Shown piece by piece: positions 1 through 8,190 of a stretch of 64,000 bases of DNA; the first letter of the stretch is position 1, and every line of letters starts with the position of its first letter. The stretch comes from an uncultured virus (IMG/VR IMGVR_UViG_3300035181_002093). Lineage: Duplodnaviria; Heunggongvirae; Uroviricota; Caudoviricetes. Under the pieces are notes generated by a model. The model did not search any database. It was given only the letters and a program-made list of their open reading frames with translations, and had not been told where the DNA came from. The stretch lies in the IMG/VR virus record IMGVR_UViG_3300035181_002093, positions 62,001 through 126,000 of that record, one strand, 5' to 3'. The position numbers were made by a program, and so were the translations under genes.

Positions 1-2
1 CG

Positions 3-221
3 CTCGTGCGTGAGGGCATCAGCCGCCTGCCCTCACGAGAGCAGACAGTGCTCAACCTCTTCTATGGTGTCAAAGACGACCCGCGGAACCTGGTCCAGAT
101 CGCTTCCATCATGGGCATGTGCCCCGAGCGCGTCCGTCAGATCAAGCTCAGCGGGATGCAGCTCCTGCACAACGAGCTGAAGCAGCGTGTCGGCCTGTCG
201 ACTGAAGACGCGTACCTCTAG
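3..221 (+). CDS. Sigma-70-family RNA polymerase sigma factor, C-terminal region 4 (5'-truncated by window edge)
   Basis: LPSREQTVLNLFYG...NLVQIASIMGMCPERVRQIK matches the sigma region 4 HTH pattern (LxxRE..Vl.LryG...TL.EIg..lgvtrERVRQI); frame is open from the window start. Confidence 0.85.
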   Translation, partial: LVREGISRLPSREQTVLNLFYGVKDDPRNLVQIASIMGMCPERVRQIKLSGMQLLHNELKQRVGLSTEDAYL

Positions 222-685
222 AAGCCCAGGTACTTCAGCTCGTCGTAGCCGATGGTGAACTTCTTGATGTACGCCGTGCCGTCCGGTGCGTACGCCGTGA
301 TGTCCTTCAGGTTGCGGTTGATGGCGTCGAGCTTCTCGACCTCCGCCTTCTCTGCATCGATGTAGTCCTGCTCGGTCAGCAGAAAGTTGATGACGCCGGC
401 ACCAACGGTCACCTCTTCCTGCGAACCGCCACCGCTCGAGCGAGCGTTCGACGTGTAGGACTGGGACTCGACGCCACGCTTCTGCTGCGCCCGCATCTGG
501 TTCTGGATGTCGAGCAGGACGGCATCCGTGACCTTGTGCTCGTCACGCATCTTCTTGATACGCAGGCCGCGCTCTTCGATCTTGTTGCGGGTCTCCATCG
601 CCTTCTTGGTGGAGGCGGTGACGATCTCGGCAGTGGTCTTCTCGAACGTGAAGTTGAACATGTGGTCGATCCTTTTTGGAATCAC
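218..685 (-). CDS. Hypothetical coiled-coil protein
   Basis: 155-aa ORF with GC-rich codon usage; GGAG upstream on minus strand. Confidence 0.7.
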   Translation of the reverse strand: MIPKRIDHMFNFTFEKTTAEIVTASTKKAMETRNKIEERGLRIKKMRDEHKVTDAVLLDIQNQMRAQQKRGVESQSYTSNARSSGGGSQEEVTVGAGVINFLLTEQDYIDAEKAEVEKLDAINRNLKDITAYAPDGTAYIKKFTIGYDELKYLGF

Positions 686-693
686 GGGAACTC

Positions 694-1182
694 CTATGGT
701 TTGGTCTCACGTACTGCGGCAGCGACAGTCTCGTCGCACAGTGCTTGGATGTTGTTGAGGGTGTCAGGTCCTGGCTTGACCTCGAGCGTTTTGAAGATCG
801 TCAGCCGACCCGCCTGGTTCAATGCGAGCCCAGAAATCGACGCGCCCATGAGGTCGACATGGAGGGCGGCTGAAACCGTCTTCTTAGAGGTACGTGCAAG
901 CACGCGCATCATCGAGAAATCGATTGGAGAGAATCTCCAACTGTCAGGAGCCATCTGCATGAGCGTGGCCATCAGGTTGATGGGGTCGATGGGGGCTTGA
1001 CCCACCAGTGACATGATTGCTTCGGGCGTACAGATGCCGAGCTTCTTCAGCTTAGCGAGGTTCTTGAAGACCGACGGCGTCGGACGCTCGCTGAGCCGCA
1101 TCTCGAGGTCGATGGGCAGTGGCAGGTCGAACACCTCGTCGGTGTCGAACGCCGCCAACCCTTCGAGCGTCAGCTTGCTCAC
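694..1182 (-). CDS. Hypothetical protein, possible XRE-like HTH at C-terminus
   Basis: 162 aa, tightly packed with neighbours; C-terminal MRVLARTSKKTVSAAL...LEVKPGPDTLNNI resembles an XRE-type HTH. Confidence 0.55.
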   Translation of the reverse strand: MSKLTLEGLAAFDTDEVFDLPLPIDLEMRLSERPTPSVFKNLAKLKKLGICTPEAIMSLVGQAPIDPINLMATLMQMAPDSWRFSPIDFSMMRVLARTSKKTVSAALHVDLMGASISGLALNQAGRLTIFKTLEVKPGPDTLNNIQALCDETVAAAVRETKP

Positions 1183-1307
1183 AAGGCACGGGCCTTCTTG
1201 ATCAGCCCCAAGACGGACGCTCGCAGTGCGGGGTCTTTCCCGAATCGGTCAACGACCAACAAGGCCACCGCGGCCACTTCGAGCAATAGGAATCCGACGG
1301 CACGCAT
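1179..1307 (-). CDS. Small membrane protein
   Basis: MRAVGFLLLEVAAVALLVVDRFGK...; single hydrophobic helix; stop overlaps the next start. Confidence 0.45.
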   Translation of the reverse strand: MRAVGFLLLEVAAVALLVVDRFGKDPALRASVLGLIKKARAL

Positions 1308-1335
1308 GCGTGCCGACGTTACAATGCGCATGGAG

Positions 1336-1578
1336 TTACTCCTCAGCGTGCGCGATGACGCGCGCGCGATCGATGTTGCGCAGCGATAGCGAGCGGAGGG
1401 TCCGCCCCTCCAAGATCTCGCCCACGGCGTAGTAGAACTCCGCGGCGACGTCCGCCACGGTCTTGTTGGGGTCGTTCTGCACAGCGAACCAGACGGCGCG
1501 GATGTCGCGCAGGCGTCCAGCCACGTCGTTGGCGACGCGGACGCTAACTCCGCTCCGACCTCCACGACGACGACTCAC
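1336..1578 (-). CDS. Hypothetical protein
   Basis: GTG start overlaps the HNH stop, AAGGA upstream; VSRRRGGRSGVSVRVAND... Confidence 0.55.
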   Translation of the reverse strand: MSRRRGGRSGVSVRVANDVAGRLRDIRAVWFAVQNDPNKTVADVAAEFYYAVGEILEGRTLRSLSLRNIDRARVIAHAEE

Positions 1579-2081
1579 GTTTTTTCCTTGTGAGTTCGTT
1601 TGTTTCTGTGAGGACAGCACCCATAGCGGAATGTTGCGTAGTTACAGTTGAAACACAACACTTGAAATCCCGGAGGAAACCCCTGGTCACGAAGCCAACG
1701 ATACATTTTGTCTCCAGTACCAACTTCCTTTCGGTGAGCACTCCCTCCGCCGCCGATGTGATCGAGTGTTAAAAACTCAAGTTGAGTTTCTAAACAGCAC
1801 ACACAAACAGGACCTCCATACACGTTAAGAACTTCTGCACGTAAACGTTCACGATACGCCTTCCCGTTCCTACGGGTACGTTCCAAACACTCTTGGCAAA
1901 CCACAGACGTGCTTAGATGTTCTCGGCGTCCGCACTGGGCACATAGCCCTGCCGCACGGTATCGTGCCTGTGCCGTTGCATTTCTCAAACGTGAATCACG
2001 CCCGTATCGGGCTCTGTATTCAGGCGTGCGACTAGGCCTAGCTTTCCTCACACGGATTCGTTTCCCAAGGTTTGGTACCAC
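1575..2081 (-). CDS. HNH-type (His-Cys) endonuclease, free-standing
   Basis: CVCC-x-FLTLDHIGGGG...GFQVLCFNCN; extra N-terminal CxxC..CxxC; visibly lower GC than flanks. Confidence 0.85.
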   Translation of the reverse strand: MVPNLGKRIRVRKARPSRTPEYRARYGRDSRLRNATAQARYRAAGLCAQCGRREHLSTSVVCQECLERTRRNGKAYRERLRAEVLNVYGGPVCVCCLETQLEFLTLDHIGGGGSAHRKEVGTGDKMYRWLRDQGFPPGFQVLCFNCNYATFRYGCCPHRNKRTHKEKT

Positions 2082-2217
2082 ACCGTGGACACATCGGTAC
2101 GTTGGTTGATGGCACCAACGCGCTACTGCACAACGGACACCTAGGGTCCTCTTTCAATGCGGCTGTCTTCACAGCTTCAGGGTCAACATCAACGCCAAGT
2201 TTCTCCATGTCGCTACT

Positions 2218-2619
2218 CTAGCGCAGGGAGACCTTCTTGCTGGTACCGATTCGGTTGCCGCGAAGCACCGAGTACTCGGCCGGGGCTCCGTCGGCGTTCA
2301 GGAACTTCTCGGCCTTGTTGACCGAGTCGAACTCGTGGACTTGGCCGACGACCACGTAGACCTTGCGTGAGACGCGCGACTTCTTGTCGTCAGCGTCGTC
2401 GTCCTTCTCGCCATCCGGCTTGGCGTCCGGCTTGGCGTCCGGCTTGGCGTCCGCGGCCTTGGCGTCCGCGGCCTTGGCGTCCGCGGCCTTGGCGTCCGCG
2501 GCCTTGGCGTCCGCGGCCTTCTTGTCGTCCGGCTTCGCAGCGTTGGAGGTGGTGGCGGCGGCCGCAGCCTGAACGCCGAGCGGCTTGTTCTGATTCGTGT
2601 GTGCTTGCGTCATAAACAT
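2218..2619 (-). CDS. Small protein with KAADA/KPDA low-complexity repeats
   Basis: 133-aa ORF with 5x KAADA and 3x KPD(A/G). Confidence 0.7.
   Translation of the reverse strand: MFMTQAHTNQNKPLGVQAAAAATTSNAAKPDDKKAADAKAADAKAADAKAADAKAADAKPDAKPDAKPDGEKDDDADDKKSRVSRKVYVVVGQVHEFDSVNKAEKFLNADGAPAEYSVLRGNRIGTSKKVSLR
2414..2520. repeat. Coding tandem repeats: 3x 12 bp (TCCGGCTTGGCG) and 5x 15 bp (GGCGTCCGCGGCCTT)
   Basis: Read directly; 15-mers at 2446, 2461, 2476, 2491 and 2506. Confidence 0.95.
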
Positions 2620-2649
2620 GACGTAGCACGCACGCGAATCGCGCGTCTA

Positions 2650-3576
2650 CTATTTGCCGCGACAATGGCGCCACATGGAGCACCACTTCTTGTCGCACCA
2701 CCAGTTCGAGGGATCGGTCATCTGGAAGTGCCCCGTGGACACGCCGTAGGCGATCCCGTGTGCAACGCCCATGACGACCGCTTCGGCGTGCTTGACCATC
2801 TTGTCCGAGATGACGCCGGTGAGCTTCTCGTAGCGAGGACGTGGCACCTTCGCCCGTCCCTTGACGACCATGTCGACCTGAACATCGGGAACATGCTCGA
2901 CGCCGGCGTAGACTGCGAACTGCAGGTCGTTGGCGAGGTCGCTCTCGGACCACTTGTCCGTGACGACCTTGAGGTCATGTACACGCTTGGGCTTGACGGG
3001 CTGCTTGGACCCGAGTGCCTCGCGGATGTCCTGGTACTCCTGCTCGGTGTGCGACTGCACCTGGATGCTGTCGATACGGCCGAGCACCGGAAGCTTGACC
3101 TTGCCATCCGCGGAACGGAACACGGCGTGGAAGGTCTTCTCGACCTCGATCGGCGTCGCATCGACCGCCGCCTCGTCATAGTAGGCGTTCGTGCACTTCA
3201 CGCCGGTGTCCTTGACCGAGCCCTCGTCCTCACCCTCCCAGTCCTCGATCAGCTTCTTCGTCTCGTTGAACGAGTCCGAGTAGGCGTCCATCGCCATCTC
3301 CCGCGTGGGCAGGGTGCCGGTCTCGAGCCGCCCCTTGAGCACCTTCTCGACCGCGTTGTGCACCTGAATCCCCTGGAACATGCGCGCGACGGTGCGTCGC
3401 GGCTTGTGCTCGAGATAAGCGAGCTGCCACGACTTGGGACACTTGAGGAACATGCCGACCTGTGACGGCGACAGATAGCCGCGAGGCAAGATGTCGACCA
3501 GCTCGGGTTCGACGTCAGCGGGCACTTCGATCGCGGGGTCGAGAAACGCTTCGACCTCTTCCATTCCTGTGGTCAT
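2650..3576 (-). CDS. PD-(D/E)XK Cas4/RecB-like exonuclease
   Basis: YLSPSQ..F.KCPK, G...H, GRID...DLK, QFAVYA, and C-terminal C-x4-C-x5-C completing a 4-Cys cluster. Confidence 0.85.
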   Translation of the reverse strand: MTTGMEEVEAFLDPAIEVPADVEPELVDILPRGYLSPSQVGMFLKCPKSWQLAYLEHKPRRTVARMFQGIQVHNAVEKVLKGRLETGTLPTREMAMDAYSDSFNETKKLIEDWEGEDEGSVKDTGVKCTNAYYDEAAVDATPIEVEKTFHAVFRSADGKVKLPVLGRIDSIQVQSHTEQEYQDIREALGSKQPVKPKRVHDLKVVTDKWSESDLANDLQFAVYAGVEHVPDVQVDMVVKGRAKVPRPRYEKLTGVISDKMVKHAEAVVMGVAHGIAYGVSTGHFQMTDPSNWWCDKKWCSMWRHCRGK

Positions 3577-3965
3577 CGCTTTCCTCCTGGGAAGTCAAGG
3601 GACTCCCCTTCCATGAGTTGACGTTCGGGTGTCGGAAACTTGCCTGGGTTGGTCGCGGCTGCTTTGGCGGAGGCCCGCAGGATTGCATCCATGTCGACAG
3701 GCGCCTGGCCTCCATCAACAACAGCGAGTGCGGGCGGTGCCGCCGCCGACTCTTGTCGCGCGTACTCGTCGAGGGTGGTTACACCGCTCGAGGTGATCAC
3801 CGGCGATGACGACGGCACATCATCGCGCGTCACCTCGACCGACACGACCGCCTTGTTCTTGGAGAACTTGATGTCGTCCTCCGAGGCTGAAATGCCTTGT
3901 TGGGCCAAGTCCTGTTTGATCAGGCGCGTGATGTCGGACGCCTCGTACGTGACTACAATCTTCAT
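3573..3965 (-). CDS. Hypothetical protein
   Basis: 130 aa; 4-bp overlaps with both neighbours. Confidence 0.7.
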   Translation of the reverse strand: MKIVVTYEASDITRLIKQDLAQQGISASEDDIKFSKNKAVVSVEVTRDDVPSSSPVITSSGVTTLDEYARQESAAAPPALAVVDGGQAPVDMDAILRASAKAAATNPGKFPTPERQLMEGESLDFPGGKR

Positions 3966-5947
3966 TTGGCCCTCTCAGGTAGCATGGGCAAGGCATACGC
4001 CTTGATGACGGGGCGGTCCACCTTCTTGGGGTGGATGCACCCTAGCTGAAAGGGTTCAATCCCCTTCGCAAGACATATGATGTTTTTCGGACATAGCGCG
4101 CATTCAATCTTGTTCGTGAGCATCGAATCGACATCGATTTTGTGATCGAGCAAATGGGCTACCGCCAGCTCAAGCGTTCCCTGCCCGATCATCCTGTACA
4201 CGGTAACCTTGTCGTTCTGTCCAATCCGATAGTTTCGGTCCAAGCATTGCGAGTACGAATTCAGCGAATACGGCAACGAGCTGTAGATCATGTACGTCGC
4301 CGAATTCAACGTGATGCCGAGGCCTGTGGTGACTTGGCCGATGTAGACGCGGACGGCAGGGGCGTCGTTGAACGCGTCGACGGAGGCCATCGGGTCTCGT
4401 GAACCGCCATCGACCCGTACGTACCCAATCTCTTCGGCGTTCAACCGCTCCTCGATCAGGTCCATCTCAATGTGAAACGCGCACCAGATGATCACCTTGT
4501 GGTGCGGCGTTTCAAGAATCCCGTCGAGCAGCTCCATGATCGATTCGAGCTTGGGGTGCTCGTCAAACGTGATGGTCGTGGAGGGCCATGGCGTCGCGTC
4601 AACCAGGCACCGTGGGGTGCGTGGTTGAATCTGCCGCGCGACACAGGCGTCACGGTGTTCACACGGCAAGCCTCCCCGGGCCGAGTCGCAGTAGAAGGGA
4701 TCCTTCTCGCTCTTGATGAGGAAGCCTGACGTGATCTGCAAAAGCTTCATCAAGGCCGCCGCTCGGTGCGGCATCTCGATGGCAGAAAGTTGGTGCGGGA
4801 GAATGGGCTTCGCACCAATCTCCCCGGACCGAATCTGGATCCCTAGCTTACCCAGCACCTCGGGGTCGATGCCCATGTCGATGACGATCTTGTCGTACGC
4901 AACGGTCTGAGCGCGTGTAAGGGTATACTCTACGTCCACAAAGGAGCGTGTTGGCAGGTCCAAGCACTGCTCTTTGGTACGACGGATCGACAAGAAGGTC
5001 GTACGTGCATTGATGACGTCGAGATTCTTGTAACCAACCACGATAGGAGAGTTGGCGCCTCGCGTGACAACGAACGTTTTTTTGTACTTCCAGTACGTCT
5101 CGGGCATGAAGCAGTCGCCCAGGATTTTGTAGGGGCCGTACAGGTCGAGAGGATTCCCCTCGGTGGGGGACCCCGTCATGAGGATGCGGCGCATCGCCTT
5201 CTGTGCGATCTCATGCGTCGTCTTGGTGCGCTCGGACTGCCAGGTCTTCACGCCATGGCTTTCATCGCAGACCAGAACGCCGTAAGGCAGCCGTTCTACG
5301 AGGAAATCCACTAAACTTCTCGCAGTGTCGTACGTCGAAAGAACCATGTCGGTGCCCTCGGCGGCAGCGCGTTCGATGATCTCGCGCTTCTGCTTGGGCG
5401 TTCCGACCAGCGCGGCCCACGTGAGCTGGCGGCCCGAGTGAAGGTCGATCTGCCGACCCCAGTTCCGCACGGTGACGCGCGGCCCGAGCACCAGGGCCGT
5501 GGCGCGGTTGCCGGTGTGGCGCAACAAACGCAGGAGATCGATCGCGATCTTCGACTTGCCGAGACCAGGATCGTAGAACAACGCCGCCCGCATGTTGTAG
5601 AACACGTGGCAGAGTCCTTCAACCTGATGCTGGTATGGCGCCGTGACGTATTCAAATCCCGTGGGCAAGGTCAGCGCTTCCAAGCGTCGGCGCACATCCT
5701 CGAGCGCCTCGATGTGGCGTTGGGCCACGTCCGAGATCACCACGTCAACGTCGGAAGCCACTGCTTGAAGGTCCGCGATGACCTTGCTGGATGCAGGGAA
5801 GAACGCGGGGTACATCCACAAGGCCCGCGAAGCGTCCCATGTAGCGCCAAACACGCGACTGTACGTAGCATTCTGTCCGTGAACCAGAAACACGGGCGTG
5901 CCGTTGCCCGCGCGTCCGACGCGGATCTCCATTCGGGGTCGACCCAT
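3962..5947 (-). CDS. SNF2-family (SF2) helicase/ATPase
   Basis: PYQHQ, DPGLGKS (motif I), CDESH (II), MTGSP (III), GLGITL, QCLDRNYRIGQ (VI). Confidence 0.92.
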   Translation of the reverse strand: MGRPRMEIRVGRAGNGTPVFLVHGQNATYSRVFGATWDASRALWMYPAFFPASSKVIADLQAVASDVDVVISDVAQRHIEALEDVRRRLEALTLPTGFEYVTAPYQHQVEGLCHVFYNMRAALFYDPGLGKSKIAIDLLRLLRHTGNRATALVLGPRVTVRNWGRQIDLHSGRQLTWAALVGTPKQKREIIERAAAEGTDMVLSTYDTARSLVDFLVERLPYGVLVCDESHGVKTWQSERTKTTHEIAQKAMRRILMTGSPTEGNPLDLYGPYKILGDCFMPETYWKYKKTFVVTRGANSPIVVGYKNLDVINARTTFLSIRRTKEQCLDLPTRSFVDVEYTLTRAQTVAYDKIVIDMGIDPEVLGKLGIQIRSGEIGAKPILPHQLSAIEMPHRAAALMKLLQITSGFLIKSEKDPFYCDSARGGLPCEHRDACVARQIQPRTPRCLVDATPWPSTTITFDEHPKLESIMELLDGILETPHHKVIIWCAFHIEMDLIEERLNAEEIGYVRVDGGSRDPMASVDAFNDAPAVRVYIGQVTTGLGITLNSATYMIYSSLPYSLNSYSQCLDRNYRIGQNDKVTVYRMIGQGTLELAVAHLLDHKIDVDSMLTNKIECALCPKNIICLAKGIEPFQLGCIHPKKVDRPVIKAYALPMLPERAK

Positions 5948-5963
5948 AGGGCGTCCGCCTTTC

Positions 5964-5969
5964 TATCAT
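5964..5969 (+). promoter_or_regulatory. Putative late promoter -10 (TATCAT) upstream of portal
   Basis: Member of the recurring CTAT(A/C)AT motif; lies in the 43-bp divergent gap. Confidence 0.5.
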
Positions 5970-5990
5970 GTGATGATTGCGGGGTAAACC

Positions 5991-7781
5991 ATGGCCACTG
6001 ATGGAATGTTCGACCCGGGTATCTCCGACCTGTCGACGCAAAACACGTCGTCGCACGGAAGTCCGCTCTTCGATTTCCTCACGGCGTTCGCGCCACGGAA
6101 GCTCAAGGACCTCTTCCGACTGTGCGAGTACCTCTACTTCAACAGCGCGCAGATCTACGCCGCGCTCCAGAAGTTCTGCACGTACCCCGTCACCGACATC
6201 ATCTACGAGACGCAGAACGAGGCGCTCAAGAACTACTACGAGGACCTCCACGACAAGACGCTGAAGACGAAGCGCGTCTTGATCCGCGCGGCCGTCGACA
6301 AGTTCGTTTACGGCAACGCGTTCTTCTCGATGTACGCGCCGTTCGTGCGCTTCCTGAAGTGTCCGCGCTGCCAGTCGCTGACGAACATCCACCAGGTCAC
6401 CTACAAGTTCAACCTGAAGAAGCTCGCCTTCAACTACGCATGCAAAGGCTGCAACGTGAAGGTGGACATCGGTGAGAAGGACGTCATCGACCGCAAGATC
6501 ACACGCAAGGACCGCATCTCGGTGATCCGTTGGGACCCGAAGTTGATGGACATCGACTACAACCCCATCACCGGGCACAGCGAGTACTACTACACGATCC
6601 CCAAGGAGATTAAGGAACGCTGCGCCAAGGGGAACAAGCACCTCATCGACACGATGCCGATGGAGTTTTTGAAGACGATTCGCTCGGACAAGATCTTCAA
6701 GTTCGCGGAAGGTCAAGTCTTCCACATGCGCATGGACGCGCCCGCGGGCATCGAGGCTCAATGGGGCTTCCCGCCGCTCGCATCGACGATCAAGCTGTTC
6801 TTCTACGCGGCGGTGCTGCGCAAGGCGAACGAAGCGATCGCGCTCGACTACATCGTCCCGCTGCGCATCATCTCGCCGAAGCAGTCGTCGGCGAACGCCG
6901 ATCCGATGACCACCATCTCGTTGGCCAAGTGGTCCGACGAGATGAAGACCAGCGTCAAGAAGTGGCGGCGAGATCCCCTCCACATCATGTGGTCACCGAT
7001 CCCCGCGGAGGTCACGCACCTTGGTGGCCAAGCCCGTGCGCTCATGACGCTCGGCGAGGTCCAGGCTGCCGAAGACAACATCATCGCTGCAATGGGCCTG
7101 CCCAAGGAGTTCATCTACGGCGGCTTCTCTGCGATGGGCTCGGGCATCCAGCTTCGCGTGCTCGAGAACCAGCTCGTTCACCAAACGGGTGACCTCAACG
7201 ACCTCCTGCAGTGGGTCACAGACAAGTCGGCCAAGCAGCTGGGGCGTGGCACGGTGACGTGTTCGCTCGCACCCTTCCGCTTCATCGATGACGTTCAGCA
7301 GAAGGCGCTGCTCCTGCAGCTCAACGGCGCCGACCCTTCGACGGGCCCGTGGATCTCCAAGCGGACCATGGGCGAGGCGTTCGACATCGACCCGTCCGAC
7401 GAGCGCAAGTGGCGCATGCAGGAAGCAATCGACGACGCGCGAACTGCACAGGAGCTGCAGGTCGAGATGCAGAAGCGTCAGAACAATCTGGGCTCACAGG
7501 CACGAGCCCAAGCGCAGATGGGTCAGCAGGGTCTCTCCTACGACCAGCAGGCGGTGATCGCGCAGGCAGATCAGGTGATCCAGCAGCTGATGGGCCTGGA
7601 CCCCGGGAGCCGGCAATCGCAGATGCACGCGCTGCAGACCGAGGACATGGTGATGTACGCGGTCGTCAAGGAACGCATGCATGACCAGACCACTCAGCAG
7701 AACCAACAGGCGATCGCGGCAGCCCGTCAAGGCGGCGATCCTTCCGGCGGTGGCGCACCACCCGCAGCGCCAGGTATGTAA
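5991..7781 (+). CDS. Probable portal protein with Zn-ribbon insertion
   Basis: First gene of the virion block, 596 aa; portal-like D.FVYGNAF, WGFPPL, I.AAMGLPKEFIYGG; CPRC/CKGC insert; Q-rich tail. Confidence 0.75.
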   Translation: MATDGMFDPGISDLSTQNTSSHGSPLFDFLTAFAPRKLKDLFRLCEYLYFNSAQIYAALQKFCTYPVTDIIYETQNEALKNYYEDLHDKTLKTKRVLIRAAVDKFVYGNAFFSMYAPFVRFLKCPRCQSLTNIHQVTYKFNLKKLAFNYACKGCNVKVDIGEKDVIDRKITRKDRISVIRWDPKLMDIDYNPITGHSEYYYTIPKEIKERCAKGNKHLIDTMPMEFLKTIRSDKIFKFAEGQVFHMRMDAPAGIEAQWGFPPLASTIKLFFYAAVLRKANEAIALDYIVPLRIISPKQSSANADPMTTISLAKWSDEMKTSVKKWRRDPLHIMWSPIPAEVTHLGGQARALMTLGEVQAAEDNIIAAMGLPKEFIYGGFSAMGSGIQLRVLENQLVHQTGDLNDLLQWVTDKSAKQLGRGTVTCSLAPFRFIDDVQQKALLLQLNGADPSTGPWISKRTMGEAFDIDPSDERKWRMQEAIDDARTAQELQVEMQKRQNNLGSQARAQAQMGQQGLSYDQQAVIAQADQVIQQLMGLDPGSRQSQMHALQTEDMVMYAVVKERMHDQTTQQNQQAIAAARQGGDPSGGGAPPAAPGM

Positions 7782-7789
7782 GATAACCC

Positions 7790-8173
7790 ATGCCGCAAGA
7801 CTCAGAAGACTTCGCCGACGTCATCGAAAAGGCCCAGAAGGTCAGCAACGACCTGGGCAGCTTGTTCGGTGCGCAGAACGGACCGGGGCGTGTTGCGTTC
7901 GAACAGCGCGGCAACCGCGGCGGCCCCGAGCTGGACTACGAAGCCCACTCCGAGGTCTTCGCGCTGCCCGCGGATCGCGACAGCTACGAAGACGTCATGA
8001 ACCAGGTGCTGCGTGGCGAAGCCATCATGCGCTACGAGGACCGGACCTTCTCGAAAGAGGGCGACTTCCTGGTGGCCTTGGTCTACCTGACGCCCCGTGC
8101 ACGTCCAGCTCCCGTGAACAACCAAGACGCAGGCGACGCCGAACCTGCTGAACGACCGCGACGGCTGCCCTAA
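7790..8173 (+). CDS. Hypothetical protein
   Basis: 127-aa ORF between portal and RNAP. Confidence 0.7.
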   Translation: MPQDSEDFADVIEKAQKVSNDLGSLFGAQNGPGRVAFEQRGNRGGPELDYEAHSEVFALPADRDSYEDVMNQVLRGEAIMRYEDRTFSKEGDFLVALVYLTPRARPAPVNNQDAGDAEPAERPRRLP

Positions 8174-8190
8174 CGGAGCCTTGTACCAAA

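Noticed and set aside
2650..3576. Cas4-like nuclease as evidence of a CRISPR-Cas system
   Set aside because: No cas1/cas2 and no repeat-spacer array seen; solo Cas4-like nucleases next to SNF2 helicases are common in phages.
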